DNA of 64,000 nt from a virus: the IMG/VR virus record IMGVR_UViG_3300050138_000176, positions 22,505-86,504 of that record. One strand, written 5' to 3'. Both the position numbers and the translations under genes were made by a program. Shown in pieces: positions 19,669 through 29,360 of this stretch. Every line of letters begins with the position of its first letter. Positions within the stretch are counted from its first letter, which is position 1. The notes beneath the pieces are model-generated. The model ran no database searches. It was not told the DNA's origin and saw nothing but the letters and a program-made list of their open reading frames with translations.

Positions 19669-21399
19669 ATGACATCCGAAACCAAACTCGATCAGTGGCA
19701 GGAAGCAGCGGCGGCCAGCACCAGCGACATAATCTACGTGTGCGCCTGTCCTGGAAGTGGGAAAACTGCAACCACCGTAGAGCGTGTGCGAAGGATGCTG
19801 GCGCGTGGTGTCGCACCGGAAACCATCTGCTGCGTTACGTTCACTTGTGCGGGTGCTCTCGAAATGCAGAAGCGGCTCGGTGTCCGGCTCGGTCACTGCG
19901 GCACGCTTCACTCCCTCGCGCTCAAAATGCTGACCAAGCACCACAAACTTGCCGGGCTGCCGGCCCGCGTCACCGTTACCGACGAGCAGGAGGCGGCGGC
20001 GTCGCTGGCCGAGATCGTGACCATGCTGCGCTTTGATGGAAAGATTAGCGACAAGAAGCTGGCTGAGGCGGTCAAGTCGCAGCGGCACGCGATGGCGTTC
20101 GCCGGTGCCATCGAATCCTCGTCGCTGACCAAGGAAGGCGTGGTCGCCAAGGAATTCTTCCGACGGCAGCAGGAGGCTGGAGAATTGGACTACGACTCGG
20201 TGCTGGTCTATTTCCTGCGGCTGCTCAAGACTGGAGTGGAGCCGTGGCCGTTCAAGCACCTGCTCGTGGATGAGGCTCAGGACAACGCGGCGATTGACTG
20301 GGATATCTATGACCTGATGCCGGTCAAGACACGGTGGGCGGTGGGTGACATCGACCAATCCATCTATTCCTTCCGTGGAGCCAAGCCAGTAAGATTCCTG
20401 TCAAGAATAGGCGAGGCACAAAACAGCATCGCGTTCGGTCAAGCATTCCAACTGCCTACAAACTACAGATCGGGACGCGCCATCGTGACCGCCTCGCAAC
20501 GCCTCATTGCGCACAACACGGCCCGCGTTGCAATGACCGCGCAGCCGCGACCGGACGCCGGTGACGGCATGGTGCAGAGCAAGGAGTTCAATGCGCCGGT
20601 CGATGAACTATCGTGGGTCGCCAACGAGTTGTCCAAGCTGGCACCCGGCGACACGGCGGCGGTTCTGTGGCGCACGAATCGTCTCGCTGACCAGTGCCGA
20701 CAGCACTTCCAGAGCCTCGGCGTCAAGCTGGCGCAGCCGCTGGCGAGGGAGCCGAAGGAGGCCAGGGCGGCGCGGGCCGTTCTTAATTTCCTAGCCTCGC
20801 CTTGGAGTGATACGGCGGCGTTGCGGGCCGCGAAGGCGGTCGGACTGGACGCTTCAACGGTGCATTCGCAGTGCGACTTCCAAGGCCAGTCACCGTGCGT
20901 TCTGCTCAACGGCGGCATGGGTGCTTTTGACCGTGACGACGGAAACCCGGTCGCGTTTACAGTGGACGAATTCAAGGAGGCGCTCCGTGCCGTCCAAGTC
21001 CTGTCTGCTACCGGCACCGACGGCATCCGCGACGCGCTGCACAAGCTCGCGGCCTCGCTGCCGGAGCCGTTCACGCTCACCGACCTGATCTCGGCAGCGA
21101 ACAGCCGCGACGAGCCGGTCGCGGAGCAGGAAGGGATAATAATTTCTACCGCGCATTCTGCAAAAGGACGGGAATGGGATATTGTGATAATTTGTGGCAT
21201 GGAACAGGAAACATGGCCTGGCCGCAACGCCGCAGAAGATTTGGAAAGCGAACGGCGCTTGGCGTACGTGGCCACGACAAGGGCACGGAGCAGATTGGTT
21301 GTTACATGGTGCAAGCAGCGTCCCGCACCTGGACGCGCTTGGTTGATGCAGGATATGACACCGTCGCAATTTATTTCAGAACTTGGCTTGACCAAGTAA
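19669..21399 (+). CDS. UvrD/Rep-family SF1 helicase
   Basis: ACPGSGKT, VTFT, LVDEAQD, VGDIDQSIYSFRGA, NYRS, STAHSAKGREWD, ERRLAYVATTRAR. Confidence 0.95.
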   Translation: MTSETKLDQWQEAAAASTSDIIYVCACPGSGKTATTVERVRRMLARGVAPETICCVTFTCAGALEMQKRLGVRLGHCGTLHSLALKMLTKHHKLAGLPARVTVTDEQEAAASLAEIVTMLRFDGKISDKKLAEAVKSQRHAMAFAGAIESSSLTKEGVVAKEFFRRQQEAGELDYDSVLVYFLRLLKTGVEPWPFKHLLVDEAQDNAAIDWDIYDLMPVKTRWAVGDIDQSIYSFRGAKPVRFLSRIGEAQNSIAFGQAFQLPTNYRSGRAIVTASQRLIAHNTARVAMTAQPRPDAGDGMVQSKEFNAPVDELSWVANELSKLAPGDTAAVLWRTNRLADQCRQHFQSLGVKLAQPLAREPKEARAARAVLNFLASPWSDTAALRAAKAVGLDASTVHSQCDFQGQSPCVLLNGGMGAFDRDDGNPVAFTVDEFKEALRAVQVLSATGTDGIRDALHKLAASLPEPFTLTDLISAANSRDEPVAEQEGIIISTAHSAKGREWDIVIICGMEQETWPGRNAAEDLESERRLAYVATTRARSRLVVTWCKQRPAPGRAWLMQDMTPSQFISELGLTK

Positions 21400-21420
21400 C
21401 GCTTATGGGTTTTACTTATT

Positions 21421-21527
21421 GCCAGCGGATTAAGTCCCGTTTATGCAAACAAAACATCTTTGCTCCCGACGCCTTTTGGCGGCGACTCCCCGTCAGCCGC
21501 GGCTTAACTCTTGGCGGCGGGAGCTTT
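21421..21527 (+). promoter_or_regulatory. Structured leader with alternative pairings (attenuator-like)
   Basis: 21421-37 pairs with 21501-15, or 21462-73 pairs with 21513-24 (followed by TTT). Confidence 0.5.
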
Positions 21528-21536
21528 AGGATTAGC

Positions 21537-22046
21537 ATGGAAAACATTAACATAACCATTCAAAGACCACTCAATGCCAGAACCAAAAGCCATCCATTGT
21601 TCCAGACATATAAGAGTTGGAGGTCTATGCGAGACCGGTGTAACAATCCACGCATACCAGACTGGAAGCGTTATGGCGCAAGGGGGATTAAGGTTTGTGA
21701 GCATTGGTCTGTATTTCAAAACTTCCTAAACGACATGGGGATCAGGCCGGATGACACTTCCATCGACCGTATAAATAATGACGGAAACTACGAACCAGGA
21801 AACTGCCGGTGGGCATCAAGACAGGAGCAGGGAAATAATCGGCGAACCAACCGAATTGTGGAATACGGTGGGAAAAGGCTAACCATTTCTCAGTGGGCTG
21901 AATTAATTAAGATAGACTATGAGGCCCTGAGATATAGGCTAGACGCCGGCTGGTCAATTAAGGAAGCTTTGGAAACCCCATCCAGAAACGAGAGAACGAC
22001 CGATATTCACACGGTCATGGAACGCGAGCCGCAACTAGACTTATGA
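21537..22046 (+). CDS. HNH-type homing endonuclease
   Basis: WRSMRDRC...YGARGIKVC...SIDRINNDGNYEPGNCRWA; lower GC than flanks. Confidence 0.85.
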   Translation: MENINITIQRPLNARTKSHPLFQTYKSWRSMRDRCNNPRIPDWKRYGARGIKVCEHWSVFQNFLNDMGIRPDDTSIDRINNDGNYEPGNCRWASRQEQGNNRRTNRIVEYGGKRLTISQWAELIKIDYEALRYRLDAGWSIKEALETPSRNERTTDIHTVMEREPQLDL

Positions 22047-22206
22047 CCACTTTCCCCGCCGCGTCAGACCAATCCGAAGGCAGCGCAGTCATAATATGCC
22101 AGCCGGCTACAACCGGTCTCGCATTGAGTATCTGTGCGAATGTTCTTATTATTACGGGTCGGCCACGGGCCGCGAGCCGGCACCAGCGCGGCGGGGATTC
22201 TAATTT

Positions 22207-22635
22207 ATGAAAATCATAACCAAACACAGCGGCGCGGACTGGCTGCGGCTGCAAGGCATCAAGAACATCTCGCCGCTTGGCGAACAAGTAGCGGATCTGG
22301 TCGGCCACCTATTCAAAGGCATCTACCATATCAGCGACGAGGCGATGAAAGCGAACTGGGACAACCCGCAACACGTCAAGATATCAATAGCCTGCGAACT
22401 GGCGACCTGGGACTACAACAACCTGACCGAACTCGTGGTTCTGGCGCACGACGCCTGCCTCCGCGTCTCGGTGCGCCCGTACGGGCCGCGCAACCTGCTG
22501 CTCCTGTTTCACCAGCGGCAGCGGGAAGGCGGGTTCAGCGAGCGTCACCCGACGCTGGAGTCCCACGCGGCCATGCTGCGGGAGCACTACACGGTTGAAC
22601 CTGCCGAAGTCACCACTTTACCATTAAAGGAGTAA
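22207..22635 (+). CDS. Hypothetical phage protein
   Basis: LATWDYNNLTELVVLAHD motif. Confidence 0.6.
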   Translation: MKIITKHSGADWLRLQGIKNISPLGEQVADLVGHLFKGIYHISDEAMKANWDNPQHVKISIACELATWDYNNLTELVVLAHDACLRVSVRPYGPRNLLLLFHQRQREGGFSERHPTLESHAAMLREHYTVEPAEVTTLPLKE

Positions 22636-22638
22636 AAC

Positions 22639-23511
22639 ATGCCCAAGTCACCCAAGCCAAAGACCCGTCGCCGCGCCACAGTAGCCGCCGTTGCGCCGCC
22701 ACAGCCCGTTCCTGCGCGTAACCGCCGCAAGCCGCGTGTTGACGCCGCCCTGAACCGGGACGCGGTAGCCGAGGCTTGGCTGCTGGCCACACAGGAGGCC
22801 CACCCGATGCCAGTTTTCACGGCGTCACACCGCCAGCTAATTCGTGACGGCACCAAGACCCAGACTCGGCGTGTGGCAAGGCCGCAGCCGCCGCGCCACA
22901 ACCCGGAGCCGCCGCTGTTGCCGGAGCTGGCTACCTTGTGGCCGCCGCAACGGAGCGGACTGGCCTGTCCGTACGGGCGCAAGACCGGGCTGCATTACCT
23001 GCGGGAGCCATTGAAGAAGGTGGTCATCACGGACAAGTTCGGCAAGCGGCGGTCGGTTGCGGCCTACAGCGACGACGGCGAACTGGTGCTGGCTGGCGGG
23101 ATCGCCACGGTCAAGTGGACATGGAAGAACAAGTCGTTGCCAGCTATGTTCATGCCACGCTATGCCGCGAGAGTTTTTTGCACAGTAACCGGTCGCCGTG
23201 GCGAGTGGCTGCATGAAATAACCGATAAAGATGCAAAGGCAGAAGGCGTGCCACAAGGAGGCTACATAACGCACACATACGCGAACTACGAAGATATTCA
23301 GGAACAGCAGCCGGACGGCAGCATCCTGGTGACGCGTCGGGTTCTGCCGCCCAAACCGTTCAGTTACCGTGACAGCTACGCTACAATCTGGAACTCCATC
23401 AACGCGAAGCCACGCGGCAAGCGGCCAGGGTGGCCGTGGCAGGCGAATCCGTTTGTTTGGGTAATATCATGGACACTGGCGCGGCCACCGGCTACCGTAA
23501 CCAAGCCATGA
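22639..23511 (+). CDS. ASCH/PUA-like phage protein
   Basis: IRDGTKTQTRR...FMPRYAAR...ANPFVWVISW. Confidence 0.7.
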   Translation: MPKSPKPKTRRRATVAAVAPPQPVPARNRRKPRVDAALNRDAVAEAWLLATQEAHPMPVFTASHRQLIRDGTKTQTRRVARPQPPRHNPEPPLLPELATLWPPQRSGLACPYGRKTGLHYLREPLKKVVITDKFGKRRSVAAYSDDGELVLAGGIATVKWTWKNKSLPAMFMPRYAARVFCTVTGRRGEWLHEITDKDAKAEGVPQGGYITHTYANYEDIQEQQPDGSILVTRRVLPPKPFSYRDSYATIWNSINAKPRGKRPGWPWQANPFVWVISWTLARPPATVTKP

Positions 23512-23531
23512 GGAGAAAAATAAGAAATGGT

Positions 23532-23560
23532 TTGACGCGGTGTGTCTTATTCGCTAATGT
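23532..23560 (+). promoter_or_regulatory. Putative promoter for the HNH/MTase pair
   Basis: TTGACG-N17-TAATGT. Confidence 0.55.
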
Positions 23561-23569
23561 AAGTCGTAA

Positions 23570-24034
23570 ATGAACAACGAACACCCAAACGGAAACAAAC
23601 TTTTAGGAATGACCTTTGATAGATTGAAGGTTATTAAACGGATAGGAACAACCAAAGATCACCATGTGCTTTGGGAATGCCTTTGCAGATGCGGAACAAT
23701 TACCACGGCAGGAACAAACTCACTAAAGTCCAAACGAAAAAGATCATGCGGCTGTCTAAGATCGGAAGCGGCCAAGCGCCGAATAAAGAAAGATGGAGTC
23801 TGGAACGATGGCAAGAGTTACGCCATTCAAAACGGGGCCAGGTGCTACAAGACCAAACATGCGTGGTCAAAAGCGGTTATCCGACACTATGGCAATAAAT
23901 GTCAACTATGTGGATGGAATAAGGCTCGTTGTGATACGCATCATAAACACCCAAAAGCAAAAGGTGGACTCCACACGATAGCGAACGGTATGGTTTTGTG
24001 TCCTAATTGCCATAGAGTGGAGGAAGCAAAATGA
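23570..24034 (+). CDS. HNH endonuclease
   Basis: WECLCRCG...SCGC; CQLCG...HH...N..VLCPNCH. Confidence 0.85.
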   Translation: MNNEHPNGNKLLGMTFDRLKVIKRIGTTKDHHVLWECLCRCGTITTAGTNSLKSKRKRSCGCLRSEAAKRRIKKDGVWNDGKSYAIQNGARCYKTKHAWSKAVIRHYGNKCQLCGWNKARCDTHHKHPKAKGGLHTIANGMVLCPNCHRVEEAK

Positions 24035-25569
24035 GGTTTCTATCTTTGTTCAGCGGCATAGAAGCAGCGAGTGTAGCCTTCCTGCCGCTCGGTTGGGAAT
24101 GCGTGGCCGTAGCAGAAATTGAAAAGTTTCCGTGCGCCGTGCTCAAGCACCATTATCCAGGAGTTAAGAACTTGGGCGATGTTACAAAGATAACCAAGGA
24201 ACAAATCGAAGCACTGGGGCACATTGACGTGTGCATCTTTGGTTTTCCATGCACAGACTTATCGGTGGCCGGTCAACGAAAAGGATTAAAACATGCAGAT
24301 GGAACTCTTACAAGAAGCGGACTGTTCTTCCCGGCGGCACGAATCGCGGACTGGAGCCGGGCCAGATGGACAGTCGCAGAAAATGTCCCTGGCCTGTTCA
24401 GCATCGATGAAGGACGCGCCTTTGCTACAGTGGTTGGAGAGCTGGCTGGGAACCGCGTTGACGTTCCAAGAGACGGCTGGCGAAATTCCGGTTGTGTGCT
24501 TGGGCCAAAAGGACTTATCGAGTTCACCGTCCTGGACGCGCAATTTTTTGGCCTTGCGCAGCGCCGGCAGCGTGTGTTCATTGTCAGAGATACTGGAAAC
24601 TGGGCTGATAGACCGCCGCTTTTATTTGAGTCCAAAAGCCTGCTCTGGAATTATCCGCCGCGCCGGTCGCCGGGGCAAGGAGCTGTCGGCGGCGTTGCGC
24701 CGAGCATTGGAGCAAGTGGCCGGGGCACAGCCAGGGCCGGGGAGTCCAGAGGACAAGACTGCGTGATCCCCATCAACATGCAGGCTGCCGCGAAGAACGG
24801 CGCCAAGTCGCCGAACGCGCTCGTTGTCGGGCAGCCTGGCGACCCGGCGCACACGGTGAACGCGAGTGACCAACATGCGGTCGCGGTGCCGGAAGCTAAT
24901 GTTGTCGCGCACTCGCTGACCGGTGAAGGCTTCGATGCCAGTGAGGACGGCACAGGTCGCGGCACGCCGCTAATACCGGAGATTGCTGGCACCATGATGT
25001 CGTGCAATGACAGCGGCGGATTTAGTAACAGCGCGGATCATGCGGCGGCAGGCTACATGGTGCCGGAACTGTCGCCGTCACTGCCCGCTGGCGGCAACAA
25101 AACAGGCGGCGACCGGCCACCAGGAACCGACGTGGACACATCCACCTCATTGATACCAGAAATAGTCAGTCAAGCCATGTCAGCCAAGTGGAGCAAGGGG
25201 AGCAGCGGGCCGGCCGGCGACGAGGTCTGCAACCTGGTGCCGGTTTCCGGTGACGCGCCAGTTCAAGTGCAATGGGCCAGCGGCGGCGGCAAGACGGAGA
25301 ATCCAACCATGCAGGCGTTGCGGTCTGGCGCGGAACACAGTTACCAATTTTTAAGAACGGGGATGGCGGTAAGAAGATTATTGCCGGTGGAATGTGAGCG
25401 CCTGATGGGCTTCCCTGACAGATATACAGAGATACCTTGGAACGGTAAACCAGCATCGGAGTGTCCTGACGGAAATCGATATAAAAGTTTGGGTAACAGC
25501 ATGGCGGTCCCAATTATTTCGTGGCTGGGGCAGCGAATCCAAATGGTGATTAACCTGCCTAAAAAATGA
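24031..25569 (+). CDS. C5-cytosine DNA methyltransferase with long variable region
   Basis: LFSGIE, GFPCTD, ENVPG, QRRQRVF, ERLMGFP, YKSLGNS. Confidence 0.95.
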   Translation: MRFLSLFSGIEAASVAFLPLGWECVAVAEIEKFPCAVLKHHYPGVKNLGDVTKITKEQIEALGHIDVCIFGFPCTDLSVAGQRKGLKHADGTLTRSGLFFPAARIADWSRARWTVAENVPGLFSIDEGRAFATVVGELAGNRVDVPRDGWRNSGCVLGPKGLIEFTVLDAQFFGLAQRRQRVFIVRDTGNWADRPPLLFESKSLLWNYPPRRSPGQGAVGGVAPSIGASGRGTARAGESRGQDCVIPINMQAAAKNGAKSPNALVVGQPGDPAHTVNASDQHAVAVPEANVVAHSLTGEGFDASEDGTGRGTPLIPEIAGTMMSCNDSGGFSNSADHAAAGYMVPELSPSLPAGGNKTGGDRPPGTDVDTSTSLIPEIVSQAMSAKWSKGSSGPAGDEVCNLVPVSGDAPVQVQWASGGGKTENPTMQALRSGAEHSYQFLRTGMAVRRLLPVECERLMGFPDRYTEIPWNGKPASECPDGNRYKSLGNSMAVPIISWLGQRIQMVINLPKK

Positions 25570-25597
25570 AACCGCCTCCCATCACTGGAAGGCGGCG
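25561..25597 (-). terminator. Probable intrinsic terminator for the minus-strand pair
   Basis: CCGCCTCCCA-tcac-TGGAAGGCGG stem next to an A-run on the + strand. Confidence 0.5.
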
Positions 25598-25616
25598 TGC
25601 TGAACCGGGGCAGGTG

Positions 25617-25937
25617 CTAGGCAGCAGGAGCCGCCGGCGTGTTGGCCGTCACGGCGGCAGCCAATGCTGCGTCGCTGGCGTCCAGCTTGGCCGTCAGGGC
25701 CGCGAGGGCCACCGGGTCGGTGCCAGCGGCTTTAATGGCCGCAGACAGACCTTGGATCAGCGTGATCGCGGATTCTTCCACGGTGGTTGCGTTCGCGACC
25801 GATGCGGTCAATGCGTCGAGTTCTTGGGACATGATGATTTCCTTTCTTTCCAGACGGCACAAGATGGATATAATCTCCCGGTGCCGCTGCTCCTGCCGCG
25901 CCTCGCTGGCGCGGAGGAATTGTTCAATGTCGTTCAC
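25617..25937 (-). CDS. Small Ala-rich coiled-coil protein
   Basis: Minus-strand ORF filling a gap with no convincing + strand gene. Confidence 0.65.
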   Translation of the reverse strand: MNDIEQFLRASEARQEQRHREIISILCRLERKEIIMSQELDALTASVANATTVEESAITLIQGLSAAIKAAGTDPVALAALTAKLDASDAALAAAVTANTPAAPAA

Positions 25938-25997
25938 GAAGCGAATTTAAAGGTGCCGCCGTCGCAGGTCAAGCCCGGACGGCGGCGCCGTGATGGA

Positions 25998-26474
25998 TTA
26001 GGCTTCAAGCCGGCGGAGTTCCGCCTTGTCTTCCTTGTTGGTCAGCTTGGCCTGTGCAACCGCGTCGGCTTCATTGGCCTTCGTCTTGGCTTCAGGCGAC
26101 AGCGCGGCGTAGGCGCCGGGCTGGCGGCTCGCGTCGTAGCGTTCGGCCACGGTGCGGGTGTCGGCCACCGGGCGGTTGCCGTACGCGCCGAGCGTCGTGT
26201 TGACCCGCTTGCCGTGCTCATCGAAGTCCAGGTCATGCGGCGTGTTGGCGGTGAGCGCCGAGGCGACACGCGACTTGGAGGCGCGAAGGCTGGTGAACAG
26301 GTCGTTCAGGTCCGCCTGCGTGGCCGGGTCGATGCGGCCGGACACGATGTTGTCCACTTCATTCTTGACCGCCGCGATGTAGGAGTCCACGGAGGCGCCG
26401 AGGTCGCGTTTGCACGAGGCGTCGGCCAGGATTTGATTTACCGTCTTTGGGGTGTTCATTGCTTTATCTTTCAT
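25998..26474 (-). CDS. Hypothetical protein
   Basis: Minus-strand ORF with AT-rich start context; hairpin downstream at about 25952-25991. Confidence 0.6.
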   Translation of the reverse strand: MKDKAMNTPKTVNQILADASCKRDLGASVDSYIAAVKNEVDNIVSGRIDPATQADLNDLFTSLRASKSRVASALTANTPHDLDFDEHGKRVNTTLGAYGNRPVADTRTVAERYDASRQPGAYAALSPEAKTKANEADAVAQAKLTNKEDKAELRRLEA

Positions 26475-26589
26475 TTGTTTGTTTTGCCTCCCGGCACAAC
26501 GACACGGCGTCATGCAGGGTCGGGCAGTGACTTTACAATGGATAACTTACCGTGTTCGGCGCAGTCGCGCTATAAGGTGAAAGCCTAAC

Positions 26590-27245
26590 ATGAAGCCCTA
26601 CTACGATGACGGCAAAGGAATCCAGATTTACAATGGCGACTGCCGGGATATCCTGCCGCATGTGACCGGGGATTGCTTCCTGACTGACCCGTTCTACGGC
26701 GTAAACGAGTCTGGTGGAAACGCCAACAGAGGCAAGGCCATGTATGCAGGAAACCATTTCCAAGACACGCCAGAGGAAGTGCAAACGATTGTAATTCCAG
26801 TGATAAAGCTGCTGGACTCACGCGGCATTCCCGGAGCGGTGACGCCTGGCAACAGATGTTTAACGCTATACCCCCCCCTCGTGATGTTGGATGTTTCTTC
26901 CAACCATCTGCGGTCGGTGTCGGGCCATGGGGATTTGTCACCGTGAACACAATCCTTTTCTACGGCAAGGAACCGCGTGCTGGCAAAGGAAGCAAGCCAA
27001 CCGGCATCATGGTCACAGAGACCGCGCCTCGCGTCGGCCACCCGTGCGCCAAGCCGCCGATGGCTTGGAACTGGCTTCTGGATCGCGTATCGCTTGTCGG
27101 GTGGACTGTGATCGACCCGTTCCTCGGCAGCGGCAGCACGGCGCGGTCGTGCAAAGACCTTGGAAGAAAATGTATAGGAATTGAAATCGAGGAATCCTAT
27201 TGTGAAATAGCTGCGTACCGCCTCCAGCAGGAGGTCTTGCTGTGA
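26590..27245 (+). pseudogene. N6A/N4C DNA methyltransferase split by a frameshift in a C8 tract (26871-26878)
   Basis: First frame has GDC and TDPFY; second has HPCAKP and DPFLGSGS; C9 would join them (LYPPPRDVG). Confidence 0.8.
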
Positions 27246-28462
27246 CCTCCGCCGCGCCGCTGCTTCCGCCGCCAGTCACCGGCTACGTGCTCCGCGACTA
27301 CCAGCGGCGGGCCTCGGACGCCGGTGTCAGGCACCTGGAATCAGGCACGGAAGGCGGCGGCATCTTGGTTGAACCAACCGGTTGCGGCAAAAGTTTAATT
27401 ATCGCCGACATGGTAGCCAAGTTGCAGGAACCGACCATCGTGTTCCAGCCGAGCGCGGAGATACTGGAGCAGAACGTCGCCAAGTTCCAAAGCTACGGCT
27501 ACAGCCCGACCATCTACTCAGCATCGGCAGGCCGCAAGGAACTGGGCGAGGTTACATTCGCAACCATCGGCAGCGTGTTCAAGAAGCCGGAACTTTTCAG
27601 CCACATTAAAAATGTTATCGTTGACGAGTGCCACCTGACCGATGCCAAAAACGACACCGGCATGTTCACCACGTTCCTGAACTCGATGCCTGGCACCCGG
27701 CTGCTGGGCCTCACCGCGACCCCGTACCGGCTCGCCACAGATGGCTACGGCGGCGCACAACTCAAGTTCCTGACCCGGACACGGCCAAGGATATTTGACA
27801 CCGTGGTTGACGTAACGCAGAACGGAGACCTGTTCCGGGCCGGGCACCTGGCGCGGATCGAGTACAAGGAAGTGGCGACCGGGTTTGATGCCGGACAACT
27901 GCGGCTGAACTCGACCGGGGCCGACTACACCGATGAATCCGTTCAGCGGCATTTCAAGACCCTTCATTTCAGCGACAAGATCGTGCGCTGCGTGACCCGG
28001 CTGCACGAGCTAGGAAGGAAAGGCACTGTGGTGTTCACCCGGTTTGTCGAGGAAGCAACTTATGTGGCGTCCAAGATACCGGGCGCGGCGGTCGTGAGTT
28101 CCGGGACCAAGCGGCAGGAACGGCGGCGGATACTGGAGGCATTTAAGGCGGGAAAGATTACTGTTTTGGCAAATGTTGGAATCGTTTCAATAGGCTTCGA
28201 CTATCCGGCACTGGCTAACGTGGTGCTGGCCGCCCCTACGATGTCCCTGGCCGCCTACTATCAGCGTGTCGGGCGCGTCGTGCGGCCGCACCCGGACAAG
28301 GACTGCGCTTTCGTCGTGGACATGGTTGGATTGGTGAAACGGTTCGGCAAAGTAGAGGACTTGGTCGTCGAGGACGGCGGTAACGGCAAGTGGCACGTCC
28401 GCACCGGAAAGCGGCACCTGACGAATGTGTACTTTGACAAGCAGGAATGGAGGCCGCAATGA
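27242..28462 (+). CDS. SF2 DEAD/DEAH helicase (RadD/UvsW-like)
   Basis: LRDYQ, PTGCGKS, VDECH, TATP, GFD, QRVGR. Confidence 0.92.
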   Translation: MTSAAPLLPPPVTGYVLRDYQRRASDAGVRHLESGTEGGGILVEPTGCGKSLIIADMVAKLQEPTIVFQPSAEILEQNVAKFQSYGYSPTIYSASAGRKELGEVTFATIGSVFKKPELFSHIKNVIVDECHLTDAKNDTGMFTTFLNSMPGTRLLGLTATPYRLATDGYGGAQLKFLTRTRPRIFDTVVDVTQNGDLFRAGHLARIEYKEVATGFDAGQLRLNSTGADYTDESVQRHFKTLHFSDKIVRCVTRLHELGRKGTVVFTRFVEEATYVASKIPGAAVVSSGTKRQERRRILEAFKAGKITVLANVGIVSIGFDYPALANVVLAAPTMSLAAYYQRVGRVVRPHPDKDCAFVVDMVGLVKRFGKVEDLVVEDGGNGKWHVRTGKRHLTNVYFDKQEWRPQ

Positions 28463-29154
28463 AGCGCACTGTCACGCTCCACGAAGCCACGCACATCTAC
28501 ACGGACGACCTCGGTCGCCGCTACCAGAGCGTCGGCTCCCTGGTCAAGAGGTTTGTGCCGCCGTTCGACCCGGATGGAACCATCGTGGAACGGTACGCGG
28601 CCAAGCACGGGCGCACCGTGGCGTCCGTGGCTGCTGACTGGAAGGAGGAAGGCCGTGTTGCCAATGCGTTCGGCCACTGCGTCCATCGAGCCATCCAGAT
28701 GTGGGCGCAGACCGGGATCGAGAACGGTCAGGCGACCGCAGAAGTTCAATCGCTGGTCAAGGTGCTGCCGCACAAATGGACATATTTCTCCGAACGAATC
28801 CTATTCAACGAGAACGCTCTGCTCGCCGGCACCGCCGACCTGCTGGACTGGGACGCCGGCCGCCGCACCGTGGACATCTTCGACTTCAAAACGAACAAGA
28901 AGCTCGTGAAGATCAACGACTGGGATCGTTACCTGCTGCCGCCGCTCGACCAGATGCCGGATAACAACTGGTCGCACTATTGCCTCCAGCTCAATCTCTA
29001 CCGCTGGCTCCTGGAGCGGCGCGGCGTCACCGTGCCGAGCATGACCCTGCTGTGGCTGAACCGGGCCACAAGCCGCTGGGAACCGCACCTGGTGCCGCGA
29101 CTGGAGCCGGAGACCGAGATGATGATTGCAACGCTGCGTAAAAATAATGCTTGA
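28459..29154 (+). CDS. PD-(D/E)XK exonuclease
   Basis: G..VH, SE, AGTADL, DFKTN, YCLQLNLY. Confidence 0.8.
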   Translation: MKRTVTLHEATHIYTDDLGRRYQSVGSLVKRFVPPFDPDGTIVERYAAKHGRTVASVAADWKEEGRVANAFGHCVHRAIQMWAQTGIENGQATAEVQSLVKVLPHKWTYFSERILFNENALLAGTADLLDWDAGRRTVDIFDFKTNKKLVKINDWDRYLLPPLDQMPDNNWSHYCLQLNLYRWLLERRGVTVPSMTLLWLNRATSRWEPHLVPRLEPETEMMIATLRKNNA

Positions 29155-29360
29155 ACCGGCGGCCGGCAGCCGGTAGCTTGGCGGCGTGGCTGATGCCATA
29201 GCCGAATGGAAAGCGGCTTGTCGAATTGTAAATTGTATGTTAAATTGTAACAATGACGCCCGTGCGGGCGGCTCGGAACTGGTCGGCAGAGTCGGCGCTT
29301 ACATACCGCTTACTTTCCTTTCCAACTCCGGGACCGAGCCTCTCGCACGGGCGTTTTTAT
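29151..29360 (+). promoter_or_regulatory. Promoter plus structured terminator/antiterminator leader
   Basis: TTGAAC-N17-TAGCTT; 21 bp stem 29256-76/29334-54 plus U-tract; TGGAAA/TTTCCA complementary elements. Confidence 0.6.

Noticed and set aside
25566-26588. 340 aa + strand ORF
   Set aside because: Arg/Gly-rich antisense shadow of two better-supported minus-strand genes.
28459-29154. Possible Cas4 partner for the Cas7-like gene
   Set aside because: Lacks the four-Cys Fe-S cluster pattern, lies 9 kb away and is coupled to an SF2 helicase; an ordinary phage exonuclease is more likely.
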